64,000 nucleotides of DNA from Methanomassiliicoccales archaeon (GCA_046540255.1 JBKHFJ010000006.1:6625-70624), one strand, 5' to 3'; positions 30,081 through 39,293 are shown, counted from the stretch's first letter. Numbers and translations are program-made. The notes: generated from the sequence alone by a model not told the origin.

Positions 30081-32965
30081 CGATCCCCCTCCAGCAGTAC
30101 CTCCACCTCCCCCTCCAGCTGCTCATCGGTGAATCCCCTGGCCTCGATGGCGTTGCTGGGGCAGGAGACGGCGCACAGTCCGCACCCCTGGCACATCTTG
30201 GGATCGATCCGTGAGAACCTCCTGCCCTCTTCCTCTACCAGCTCCGCCGCCCCGAAGGCGCACAGCGACTGACACTCCCCGCAGGCCCGGCACCTCTCCT
30301 CGTCGACCCGGCAGACCAGGGGAGAGGAGAGCAGGTTCCTGCGGGAGAGCAGGCCGGCCGCCTTGGCCGCCGCGGCCGAGCCCTGGATCATCGCCTCCAT
30401 CGCGTCCTTGGGGTACTGGGCCCCGCCGGCCACCATCACCCCTTCCACCGAGAACTCCACCGGGGCCAGCTTAGGGTGCCTCTCCAGGAGGAATCCCTCC
30501 CTGTCCAGGGGGACCTTGAACATGCGACCGAGGGCGGCCAGGGAGTGGCCGGGGACCATCCCCAGGGCCATCACGGTGAGGTCGGTGGGAAGCTCCACCT
30601 CCCCCTCGCTCGACCGGAACCTCACCCCGTCGGCCCCGATCTCCGGCCCCCTCTGGACCCGGAAGAAGCGCACCCCCGCCATGGCGGCCTCCCGGTACAG
30701 CTCCTCGGCACCCCTGGCGAAGGTCATCATATCTCGGAAGAGGACGTTGACCTCCTTCCCCATGCGTCTAAGGCGGAGGGCCTGCTCCAGGGTCTTGGTG
30801 CAGCAGTAGCGGGAGCATCCGTAGGTCCCGTTCCTCACCCCCACACACTGGACGAAGGTCAGGCGGTCCGGCAGGTCCCCCGCGTCCAGCCTTCTGTCCA
30901 GCTCCAGGCTGCTGATCCCCGGCCCCTCGGGCAGGGGGGCGGGCTCCCCCCCGGCGGCGATGATCACAGCCCCGCAATGCAGCTCCTTCCCGTCGGTCAA
31001 GGTGAGGCGGAAGTCCCCCACCGATCCCCTCACCGATTCCAGATCCCCCTTGATCACCTCCACCTCGGTCCCTTCCAGAAGAAGAGGCAGGGCATCGCCC
31101 GTCCGGGCCGGCAGGCCTCCCAGCTCACCGGACTCGATCAGCCGGACCGGGTAACCCTGCAGCGAGAGGTCCCTGGCGGCGCTCTGGCCGGCCGGTCCCC
31201 CGCCCACCACCACCGCGGATCCCTCCACGGGGAAGCTGATCGGCTCCAGGGGGCGCATGAGGGAGACCTTCCTGGCCGCCATGCGCACCAGGTCAACGGC
31301 CTTCCTGGTGGCCTCCTCCGGATCCCCACGGTGCACCCAGGAGCACTGGTCCCTGATGTTGGCCATCTCCATCATGTAGGGGTTGAGCCCGGCCCGGGCC
31401 AGGGTCTCCCGGAAGAGCGGCTCGTGCGTCCTGGGGGAGCAGGAGGCCACCACCACCCGGTCGAGGGAGTGCTCCCCGATCCTGTCGGTGATGTCCTGGA
31501 GGGCTCCCTCCGAGCAGGTGAAGGTGTTCTCCTCCGCATGGACCACATACGGAAGGGAGGCGGCCACCTCGACCACCCTGGGGACGTCCACCACGCCGGC
31601 GATGTTGGTGCCGCAGCGGCACACGAACACGCCGATGGAGGGGCCCCCCTCCTGTTCCTGGTGGGAGCGAACCTTGCTCTTCCTCCGCTTCCTCCCCGGG
31701 AACATGGTCAGGGCGAGCGAGGCGGCCGAGGAGGCCTCGCAGACGGTGTCCGGGATGTCCTTGGGGCCGGTGCAGCAGCCGGCGGCGAAGACCCCCTCCC
31801 GGTCGGTGAGCAGCGCCCCCCGCCCGTCGGCGCGGGTGGCTATGAACCCGTCCTCCCCGGTGGAGATGCCCAGGGCCCGGCAGAGCGGTCTCGTACCCTC
31901 GCGGGGGACCGCGGCCATGGCCAGGACCACCATGTCCGCCCTCAGGGACCTCACCTCCCCCGCGTCCACCTCCTCCACCCTCACCTCCGGGCCGGAGGGA
32001 TCGACCTCGGCCACCCTGCCCCGGACCAGGCGGATGCTGGAGGCGGCCCTGTCCCGGTAGCGGTCGAAGTCCTTGCCGTAGGTGCGCAGGTCCATGTAGC
32101 AGACGGTGATCTCCTCGATGGAGGGCCGATGCTCCAGGGAGACCATGGCCTCCTTCAGGGAGGCCATGCAGCAGAACCTGGAGCAGTGGGAGCAGTACCT
32201 TTGGTCCCTGGACCCGGCGCACTGCACGAACAACATGCTCCTGGGGGCGGCACCGTCGGAGGGCCTCTCCAGCCTCCCCCCGGTCGGCCCGGAGGGACTC
32301 AGCAGCCGCTCCAGCTCCAGGCCGGTGACGATGTCCGGTGACTCCCCGTAGCCGTACTCGGCCACCAGCCCGGGGTCCATCTGCTGGAAGCCGGTGGTAA
32401 CGATCACCGCTCCCACCTGCAGCTCCTCCACGCTTGGCTCCATCCCGTAGTCGATGGCGTCGGCGGGGCAGACCTCCTGGCAGACGCCGCACTTCCCCCT
32501 GGTCAATCGCAGACAGTGCTCCGGATCGATGGTGTACTTGAGGGGCACGGCCTGGGGGAAGGGCACGTAGATCGCCCCCCTCTCCCCCAGGCCCAGATCG
32601 AACTCGTTCTCCAGGCCCACCGGGCAACTCTCCGAGCACGTGCCACATCCGATGCAGGCCTCCTCCCTCACGTACCTGGGCCTCCGTTCCACCCGAAGGG
32701 TGAACTCGGGCGCCTCCCCCTTCAGGGAGAGCACCTCGGTGAGGGTGAGCATGTCGATATTGGGGTGGCGGTAGACCTCCACCAGCAGGGGGGAGAGGAT
32801 GCACGCCGAGCAGTCGTCGGTGGGGAAGGTCTTGTCCAGCTGTGCCATGTGCCCACCCAGGCTGGGGGATCGCTCAATCAGGTGCACGCCCACCCCGGCG
32901 TTGGCCAGGTCGAGGGCCGCCTGCACCCCGGCCACTCCACCTCCGATGACGGCTACCGATTCCAT
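30077..32965 (-). CDS. hdrA: Large HdrA (962 aa) with two FAD/HdrA modules
   Basis: GGGVAG, DKTFPTDDCSAC, ferredoxin insert, QCAGSR; then CRCGTNI, NIRDQCSWVH, GGGPAG, QCVGVR and a C-terminal 2x[4Fe-4S]. Confidence 0.9.
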   Translation of the reverse strand: MESVAVIGGGVAGVQAALDLANAGVGVHLIERSPSLGGHMAQLDKTFPTDDCSACILSPLLVEVYRHPNIDMLTLTEVLSLKGEAPEFTLRVERRPRYVREEACIGCGTCSESCPVGLENEFDLGLGERGAIYVPFPQAVPLKYTIDPEHCLRLTRGKCGVCQEVCPADAIDYGMEPSVEELQVGAVIVTTGFQQMDPGLVAEYGYGESPDIVTGLELERLLSPSGPTGGRLERPSDGAAPRSMLFVQCAGSRDQRYCSHCSRFCCMASLKEAMVSLEHRPSIEEITVCYMDLRTYGKDFDRYRDRAASSIRLVRGRVAEVDPSGPEVRVEEVDAGEVRSLRADMVVLAMAAVPREGTRPLCRALGISTGEDGFIATRADGRGALLTDREGVFAAGCCTGPKDIPDTVCEASSAASLALTMFPGRKRRKSKVRSHQEQEGGPSIGVFVCRCGTNIAGVVDVPRVVEVAASLPYVVHAEENTFTCSEGALQDITDRIGEHSLDRVVVASCSPRTHEPLFRETLARAGLNPYMMEMANIRDQCSWVHRGDPEEATRKAVDLVRMAARKVSLMRPLEPISFPVEGSAVVVGGGPAGQSAARDLSLQGYPVRLIESGELGGLPARTGDALPLLLEGTEVEVIKGDLESVRGSVGDFRLTLTDGKELHCGAVIIAAGGEPAPLPEGPGISSLELDRRLDAGDLPDRLTFVQCVGVRNGTYGCSRYCCTKTLEQALRLRRMGKEVNVLFRDMMTFARGAEELYREAAMAGVRFFRVQRGPEIGADGVRFRSSEGEVELPTDLTVMALGMVPGHSLAALGRMFKVPLDREGFLLERHPKLAPVEFSVEGVMVAGGAQYPKDAMEAMIQGSAAAAKAAGLLSRRNLLSSPLVCRVDEERCRACGECQSLCAFGAAELVEEEGRRFSRIDPKMCQGCGLCAVSCPSNAIEARGFTDEQLEGEVEVLLEGDR

Positions 32966-33072
32966 TCGAAACAGTCCCTGAGTTCCCTCAGCTACACACT
33001 TCCTCTCAAAAAAGGTTTGTTCCGGGGGCCCCGGGTCAAGGTTTATAGTATTCCACGCGCTAGGGAGCGTGA

Positions 33073-33780
33073 ATGCGAGTGGTAGGCTTCACGAAGACAT
33101 CGTTGCTGGACTGGGATGGCCGTGTGGCCTCCGTTGTCTACCTTCCCGGATGCAACTTCAGATGCCCGTTCTGTCACAACAGGGATTTGGTGCTGAGTCC
33201 AGGAGACCTGCCCGAGGTGCCCATGGGCGACGTCGAGGGATACCTGAAGGAGCACTCCGACTTCCTGGACGGGGTGGTGATCACCGGGGGGGAACCCACC
33301 CTGCACGGGGACCTCGCCGAGCTGTGCAAGAGGTTCCGGTCACTGGGGCTGGGGGTGAAGCTGGACACCAACGGGACGAACCCGGACATGCTCCAGGACC
33401 TGATCGACGCCGGCCTGCTGGACTGCGTGTCCATGGACCTGAAGGCCCCCCTGGACTCCAGGTACGATCTCTGCTCCGGGGTGGAGGCCCCCCTGGAGGA
33501 GATCAAGAGGTCCATCTCTCTCCTGATGGACTCGGACATCGACTACGAGTTCCGCACCACCCTGGTGCCCACCCTGCACGGTCGGGAGGAGGTGGAGGAA
33601 ATCGCCGCCTTCATAGGGGGTGCCAGGAAGTACGCCCTGCAGCAGTTCAGGCCGGACGTGACGCTGGAGGAAAGGTTCTCCGCGCTCGACCCCTTCCCCG
33701 GCGAACAGATGAGGGAACTGGCGGAGGTGGCCAAGTCCTACGTCAGGAAGGTGGTGATCAGGGCGGACATGGAGTCCTGA
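33073..33780 (+). CDS. nrdG: Anaerobic ribonucleotide reductase activating radical SAM protein
   Basis: GCNFRCPFCHN, TGGEPT, KLDTNG, MDLKAP and YEFRTT. Confidence 0.85.
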   Translation: MRVVGFTKTSLLDWDGRVASVVYLPGCNFRCPFCHNRDLVLSPGDLPEVPMGDVEGYLKEHSDFLDGVVITGGEPTLHGDLAELCKRFRSLGLGVKLDTNGTNPDMLQDLIDAGLLDCVSMDLKAPLDSRYDLCSGVEAPLEEIKRSISLLMDSDIDYEFRTTLVPTLHGREEVEEIAAFIGGARKYALQQFRPDVTLEERFSALDPFPGEQMRELAEVAKSYVRKVVIRADMES

Positions 33781-33868
33781 TATCAGCGCTGAGACTGGTC
33801 ACCCATATCTTTAATATCGAATGACCGATGGAAGGCCGCCGTCATCTGATCGGTCGAGGGGGAACCAT

Positions 33869-34585
33869 ATGAATTCCGAGGAGGGACGTCTCAAGACCTA
33901 CATCGAGGGTTTCGACAGGATCTTGGAGGGGGGTATACCCGAGGGGCACATCGTGCTGCTGACCGGGACCCCCGGCACCATGAAGTCATCCATATCCTAC
34001 TACATGCTGTACCACCAGGCCAAGGAGAACGGGTTGACCGGAGTCTACGTCACCCTGGAGCAGTCCAGGGAGAGCCTGCTGCGCCAGATGGAGAAGATGG
34101 GCATGGACGCCGGGGAGGTCCAGGAGACCCTCCACGTGCTGGACCTCTCACTGATCAGGAAGAAGCTTAAGGAGATCTCCGCCGGCGGGTCCTGGCTGGA
34201 GGTGTTCAAGTCCTACCTGTCCAACCTCAATGACAACCTGGGCTACGAGCTGCTGGCCATAGATTCGCTGGACGTGCTGGAGACGATGTCCGACGTGGGG
34301 GCGAGGAGGACCGAGCTGTTCTACCTGTTCGAGTGGCTCCGCGACCTGGGGGCCACGGTCATCCTGATCTCCGAGGTTTCCCCCGAGTGGGTGCTCGAGG
34401 GGACCTACGACGAGGCCTACCTCGCCGACGGGCTCATCGCCCTCAAGATGCAGGAGGTCAGGGAGGTGGAGACTCAGAGGAGGATCAGGTGCGTCAAGAT
34501 GAGGGAGACCAACCACGACCCCTCCTTCTTCTCCCTCCTCTACAGCGATGGCAGGTTCCAGGTGACCAAGGTGATCAGCGAGTAG
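33869..34585 (+). CDS. KaiC-like (RAD55 family) ATPase, single domain
   Basis: GGIP, GTPGTMKS Walker A, TLEQ, IDSL Walker B, LADG and VKMR Arg finger. Confidence 0.9.
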   Translation: MNSEEGRLKTYIEGFDRILEGGIPEGHIVLLTGTPGTMKSSISYYMLYHQAKENGLTGVYVTLEQSRESLLRQMEKMGMDAGEVQETLHVLDLSLIRKKLKEISAGGSWLEVFKSYLSNLNDNLGYELLAIDSLDVLETMSDVGARRTELFYLFEWLRDLGATVILISEVSPEWVLEGTYDEAYLADGLIALKMQEVREVETQRRIRCVKMRETNHDPSFFSLLYSDGRFQVTKVISE

Positions 34586-36520
34586 TCTGGTGTTCCGATG
34601 AGCAAGCGGTTCGAATGCCCGAGATGCGGGGCGGGGGTCCATCCAACCGATACCCAATGTCCTCGATGTGGCTCCCCGCTGAATGAGTCCGAGGATGTCC
34701 AGGAGGATGTGCCCTCCATCACGCTGGAGAACATCCTGGACGACAGGAAGACCTCTGTCCGCACGGAGGAGGAGATGTCCACCTCCGGGCTGAGGCAGCT
34801 GCTGGAGAGGAAGGAACGGGAGCTGCAGAGGAAGGAGGAGGATCTGCGGAGTCGGGAGGAGGAGGTCCTCTCCTCGGCCGAGCAGATCGAGGGGGACACC
34901 ATGCAGCTGGAGTCGGAGTGGGAGGCCCTGGAGAGGGAGAAGGCCTCTTTGTCCGAGAAGGAGGAGGCCCTCCGGGAGAGGGAGAGGAAGCTGGAGGACC
35001 TCTCGGGCGATCTGGAGGAGTGGAGGGAGACACTCGCCCGGTTGCGGGAGAAGCTGGGAAGAGAGGGGCTGACCCCAGCCGACCTGCAGAGGCTGCTGAA
35101 GATCCAGGACCATTTCCGGTCGATGGTGGATATGGAGCGGGGAAAGGTCCTGGGGGAGATTGGCTCCGACGAGGCGCGACCTGAGGTGAAGGAGGAACTG
35201 CCCCCCGACAAGGTTCGGGAGATATTCCAGGAGATCGACCAGCAGCTGGGAAAGGGCCTGGAGGGCGATCCCGAGTGGGGCCTCGTCCCCACCCACATCG
35301 AGAGGCTGGATACCATGCTGGGCGGGGGGATACCGAGGGGCAGCGTCGCCCTGCTCAGCGGTCCCGCCGGGGCCATGAAGTCCTCCCTCGCCTTCCACGT
35401 CCTGCACCATGCGGCCGTGGAGAGGGGAATAGGGGGCATCTACCTCTCCCTGGAGCAGAGGAAGGGGTCCCTCCTCAGGCAGATGGAGAGGATGGGCATG
35501 GACCACTCGCTCTCCGAGGGCACACTCAGGCTGGTGGACATGGAGGAGCTGCGCGGGGAGACCTCCGGGAGGGAGGGGGACTGGAGGACCGTTCTTCAGG
35601 AATACGTCCAGGAGAATCTGGAGGAAACGGACCTTTTTGTGCTGGACTCGCTGGAGTCGTTCAAGGCCCTCACCGAGCACTGGTTCGGCAGGGAAGAGCT
35701 GGCCGAGCTCTTCGCCTGGTTGCGGTCCATGGGACTGACCGTTCTGCTGATCTCAGAGCTCCCTGAACGGGAGCTGCTGAAGAGCAGGGAGGGGGAGATG
35801 TACCTGGCCGACGGTGTGATAGAGCTTTCGATGAGGCAGGTGGACGACACCCAGGTGAAGCGGCGCCTTCGGGTGGTGAAGATGAGGGGAATGAACCACG
35901 ATTCCTGTTCATACACCCTGAAGAGGGAAGGCTCCACTTTCCAGCTACACGCTCCCCTGGTCGGCTCGACGGGACCGTTCTCCTGAACATCCAGTACGAA
36001 GAAAGAATTAAGTAGCAACAATCCGCTTAACCGCGCGGCGGGAGGAGATTACTCTGCAGATCGACCGTGTGCGTACTTATATCAACAATTTCGACGATAA
36101 TCTGCAGGGGGGGATCCCCAAGGGGCAGGTGGTGTTGATCACGGGCACCCCGGGGACCATGAAGTCCTCCCTGGCCTACGGCATTCTCTACCACAACGCC
36201 CTCCAGAACCGCATCCCCAGCGTCTACATGACCCTGGAGCAGTCCAGGGAGAACCTGCTGCAGCAGATGAACACGATGGGCATGGACGACGAGAGGGCGA
36301 AGGAGTACGTGCACGTCCTGGACCTTGGCCTGATACGAAAGAGCCTCACCCAGCTGAGCGCCAAGGGAACCTGGCTCCAGGTGTTCAAGATGTACGCCGA
36401 CAGCCTGAAGCACAGCCTGGGGTACGAGCTGCTGGTGGTAGACTCCCTGGACGTGCTGGAGATGGCCGCCCAGATGGACGAGAACCGGCGGACCGAGCTG
36501 TTCTACCTGTTCGAGTGGCT
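34308..36520 (+). repeat. 31-bp identical direct repeat shared by the two KaiC paralogs (34308-34338 and 36490-36520)
   Basis: GGACCGAGCTGTTCTACCTGTTCGAGTGGCT is present in both genes; CAGAGGAGGATCAGGTGCGTCAAG is also shared. Confidence 0.85.
34598..35986 (+). CDS. Zn-ribbon + coiled-coil + KaiC-like ATPase
   Basis: CPRC-x10-CPRC, an E/R/K-rich heptad region, then GPAGAMKS, SLEQ, LDSL, LADG and VKMRG. Confidence 0.88.
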   Translation: MSKRFECPRCGAGVHPTDTQCPRCGSPLNESEDVQEDVPSITLENILDDRKTSVRTEEEMSTSGLRQLLERKERELQRKEEDLRSREEEVLSSAEQIEGDTMQLESEWEALEREKASLSEKEEALRERERKLEDLSGDLEEWRETLARLREKLGREGLTPADLQRLLKIQDHFRSMVDMERGKVLGEIGSDEARPEVKEELPPDKVREIFQEIDQQLGKGLEGDPEWGLVPTHIERLDTMLGGGIPRGSVALLSGPAGAMKSSLAFHVLHHAAVERGIGGIYLSLEQRKGSLLRQMERMGMDHSLSEGTLRLVDMEELRGETSGREGDWRTVLQEYVQENLEETDLFVLDSLESFKALTEHWFGREELAELFAWLRSMGLTVLLISELPERELLKSREGEMYLADGVIELSMRQVDDTQVKRRLRVVKMRGMNHDSCSYTLKREGSTFQLHAPLVGSTGPFS

Positions 36521-36767
36521 GAGGAACCTGGGGGTCACCACCCTCTTGGTATCGGAGACCTCGCCGGAGAGCATGATGGAGCAGAAGTACGACGAGGGAT
36601 ACCTGGCCGACGGGGTCATCAGTTTGAAGCTCCAGGAGATCGGGGAGACCGACATCCAGAGGAGGATCAGGTGCGTCAAGCTGAGGAGCACCAACCACAA
36701 GACCGGGTACTTCTCCCTCCTGTTCAACGACGGGAGCTTTTCCGCCACACAGGTGATCACCGAGTGA
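36054..36767 (+). CDS. KaiC-like ATPase, paralog of 33869-34585
   Basis: GTPGTMKS, TLEQ, VDSL, LADG and VKLR. The start is CTG 36054 (by RBS spacing) or GTG 36069. Confidence 0.9.
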   Translation: MQIDRVRTYINNFDDNLQGGIPKGQVVLITGTPGTMKSSLAYGILYHNALQNRIPSVYMTLEQSRENLLQQMNTMGMDDERAKEYVHVLDLGLIRKSLTQLSAKGTWLQVFKMYADSLKHSLGYELLVVDSLDVLEMAAQMDENRRTELFYLFEWLRNLGVTTLLVSETSPESMMEQKYDEGYLADGVISLKLQEIGETDIQRRIRCVKLRSTNHKTGYFSLLFNDGSFSATQVITE

Positions 36768-37452
36768 TCAGGCTGGGGCGCCACTCCTCCAGGACCAGCC
36801 CGCCGGTGAGGGAGATCAGGCCCAGCAGGGCCTGCTGCTGCGCCTGAACGGGGGAGTCGGGTACGCTCTGCACGGACATCGCCAGTAGGAGGGCCGAGAG
36901 GAGGACGGCGACCGCCGGCCCCGCCCTTATGATCCAGTGAGCCAGCCGATCCAGCTCTGGACGGATGAGCCAGGAGAGCGTCCCCTCCGCACCGTGGATC
37001 CTGACCAGTATAGCGCCCGACAGGGCCAGGAACAGCCACTCCGATGGGGAGGTGATCTCCGTCCAGAACCCGTTCTGGAAGTAGTTGGGGAAGTGGTGCT
37101 GTCCGTACGGCCCCAGGAGGGGGTAGAGCCAACTGACTGGTTCGTTCCACATCATGTCCAGCAGCTGGTGGGAGAGCAGGGCCAGTCCCAGGGCGAGCAG
37201 GGGGAGGGCGAACCTGGTCCGATGCAGGACCGCTCCCATGGCCAGTAGCCCCACCACCAGGAACAGCCCGTGGCAGTATATGCGCCCGTAGTCCACCGAC
37301 GACTGCAGGATGATGTGCCCCAGCGGTTTGTCCACCAGATCGGGGAGCACGCCTCCCAGGCCGGCCATGGGGACCATCCTCCGATCCCCGGACCACCTGT
37401 AGAGTGCGAGCCCGATCAGCAGGCCGACGAATAGATGGCAGAGGAGGAGCAC
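36757..37452 (-). CDS. Membrane-bound metal-dependent hydrolase (YdjM-like)
   Basis: N-terminal H, LPDLVDKP, R..CHG and SHQLLD motifs among hydrophobic helices. Confidence 0.8.
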   Translation of the reverse strand: MLLLCHLFVGLLIGLALYRWSGDRRMVPMAGLGGVLPDLVDKPLGHIILQSSVDYGRIYCHGLFLVVGLLAMGAVLHRTRFALPLLALGLALLSHQLLDMMWNEPVSWLYPLLGPYGQHHFPNYFQNGFWTEITSPSEWLFLALSGAILVRIHGAEGTLSWLIRPELDRLAHWIIRAGPAVAVLLSALLLAMSVQSVPDSPVQAQQQALLGLISLTGGLVLEEWRPSLITR

Positions 37453-37565
37453 GATTGCCCATTGGCCGTCCCGGTTATAGCATTTTACCCCTGAGGATCG
37501 GAACTGGACACGGGCGGTGGGGGCGAAAAGATTAATAGAGCATATTTATTCTGGGCATAAGGCAA

Positions 37566-37663
37566 GGGCTCATGGTCTAGTGGTTATGACGTCGCCCTCA
37601 CAGGCCGGCCATGCCGGCTGGGAACGGCGAAGTTCCCCGGTTCGAATCCGGGTGAGCCCACCA
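37566..37663 (+). tRNA. tRNA-Val(CAC) with a 22-nt intron at 37/38 (37603-37624) and encoded CCA
   Basis: Acceptor GGGCTCA/TGAGCCC, anticodon stem TCGCC/GGCGA, anticodon CAC at 37599-37601, TTCGAAT T-loop and a bulge-helix-bulge motif. Confidence 0.95.
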
Positions 37664-37869
37664 CCTTCTCGGAACATCATCGAATAACGATAGATCTCCA
37701 TGGTGAATTGAGGAAGGCCTCCAGGCCCCCGGCCTAATGCTGAGAGGTCACGAGGGGCGTTGTCCGATCGATCGTCGATCAGTGGATGCGTCACTGTGGA
37801 ATCCGGAGGCCATCGAGGGAATGAAGGAAAGATGTGGAAGGGGTTTTTAGGAAGGTATCGCCTGAAGGC

Positions 37870-38058
37870 TCACTCCTGCAGCCTTTCGCCCACTCTTCCG
37901 AAGGCGTTCTGCAGCTGCCTGTAAAGCTCGCATTCCTTGTAGCACTCCACCGTGCAGTGGCAGTGCTTACCGCCCATCTCCTGCATCCACTGGCCGAGAA
38001 CCCCCAGCGCTTCCAGCTGTTCCTTGTTGGCGTTGTCGATGTAGTTCATTATCTCCAT
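37870..38058 (-). CDS. Small Cys/His-containing protein, 62 aa
   Basis: MEIMNYIDNANKEQ...KHCHCTVECYKEC..., with strongly coding-like codon usage. Confidence 0.7.
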   Translation of the reverse strand: MEIMNYIDNANKEQLEALGVLGQWMQEMGGKHCHCTVECYKECELYRQLQNAFGRVGERLQE

Positions 38059-38124
38059 CGTATCACAGTACCAGGAGATGATTGACAATAAATAAATATT
38101 ATGAATTAATACTATTCTATACCA
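38059..38124. promoter_or_regulatory. AT-rich divergent promoter with imperfect palindrome
   Basis: AATATTA-TGAAT-TAATACT at 38095-38113 between two divergent genes. Confidence 0.5.
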
Positions 38125-38871
38125 ATGAGCGAGGAAGTGATGGAGAGCATCGAAGCGATCAGGGAGGAGATCCGGGCCATGCAAGGTTCCCTTCGGGAGG
38201 TCAGGCTGCAGGATCTCAGGAGGATCGCGTTCCTGCAGGTTCAGGCGGTCATCGAGAGCTTCTACGAGAGGGAGATGGAGGAGGGGATAAGGGGCCTTAG
38301 ATCCTCCGACTGCGAGATGAGGTCGAGGTGCGAGGGGGAGCTGGGCCAGCTTTTACAGACCATCGGATCGGCCTTCGTCTCCGGTGATCTGGAGGGGACG
38401 AGGTCTTATTTGGAGGAGATGGAGGCGCAGCTGGACCGTGAGGGCCTCAGGTGCCAGGATCGGGATTGCTGTGAGCGGGCCAAGGGGATGATCGCCAAGG
38501 TGAGGATGCTTTTGGACCTGTACGGTAGGCTGGAGACGAGGATGGCCTCCTCCGGGGCGGAGATCGGAGATGGCCACCGGTCCTCGGAGGAGGTGGCGGA
38601 CATGCTCTCACCCCTCTCCCACCCGATCAGGGTGGACCTTCTCCGATCACTGGCCATGGGCGAGAGGAGGTTCAACCAGATGAGCAGGGAGCTGGGGGTG
38701 AGGACCGGGCACCTCCAGTTCCACCTGGCCAACCTGGCCGAGCAGGGCTACGTGCGCAAGCAGGGCTGGGGGGCCTACTCCCTCACCGGCCGGGGCAGAC
38801 TGGCCCTGGATCAGGTGGAGGATATGGCCAGGCGTCTACACTCCGAACCGTATATCCGATTACAGGATTGA
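38125..38871 (+). CDS. ArsR-like winged-helix regulator with Cys-rich N-terminal domain
   Basis: C-terminal LSPLSHPIRVDLL...GHLQFHL...YSLTGRG; N-terminal CEMRSRC and CQDRDCC. Confidence 0.8.
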   Translation: MSEEVMESIEAIREEIRAMQGSLREVRLQDLRRIAFLQVQAVIESFYEREMEEGIRGLRSSDCEMRSRCEGELGQLLQTIGSAFVSGDLEGTRSYLEEMEAQLDREGLRCQDRDCCERAKGMIAKVRMLLDLYGRLETRMASSGAEIGDGHRSSEEVADMLSPLSHPIRVDLLRSLAMGERRFNQMSRELGVRTGHLQFHLANLAEQGYVRKQGWGAYSLTGRGRLALDQVEDMARRLHSEPYIRLQD

Positions 38872-38912
38872 ACGATGGAGGAGCCCAGTGGGATCGTTGC
38901 CCGGAGTGCACG

Positions 38913-39293
38913 ATGGAGGTCAGGTACATCGATCCCAAGAGCTGCGCCTCCCTCCTCGAACGATCCGAAGAGAGCATACTCAGGCACTCTATGGTCTCAC
39001 CCTGTGGGCATCTCCAAGAGCGACCTGGTCTCCAGGGCAAGCATGGGATATCAATGGCCGGTCTACCAGTCGAGTCACCATCTGAGGGATTTCTGGCGGA
39101 TGTCCCAAAACTCGGCGGCACCAGGAAGGAGCTGAAAGAGCCGGCAAACAGTCACGTAATCCACACCGCCCTGGCCAGGATGGAGGCCGGATCGTGGATC
39201 CGCTGCAGGACATCTCCCCCCCTCTCGGAGGGGATCAGATGCGACACCTGCAGCCTGGAAGGGGTCCAGGCGTACTTGGGGTATCCGAGGTAG
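38913..39293 (+). pseudogene. Hypothetical, possibly frameshifted remnant
   Basis: Both ends have native codon usage; the middle fits better in the frame of ORF 38875-39135. Confidence 0.35.

Noticed and set aside
33869-36767. Circadian clock or RadA recombinase
   Set aside because: Single KaiC domains with no KaiA/KaiB and no Ser-Thr phosphosite pair; no RadA N-terminal HhH domain.
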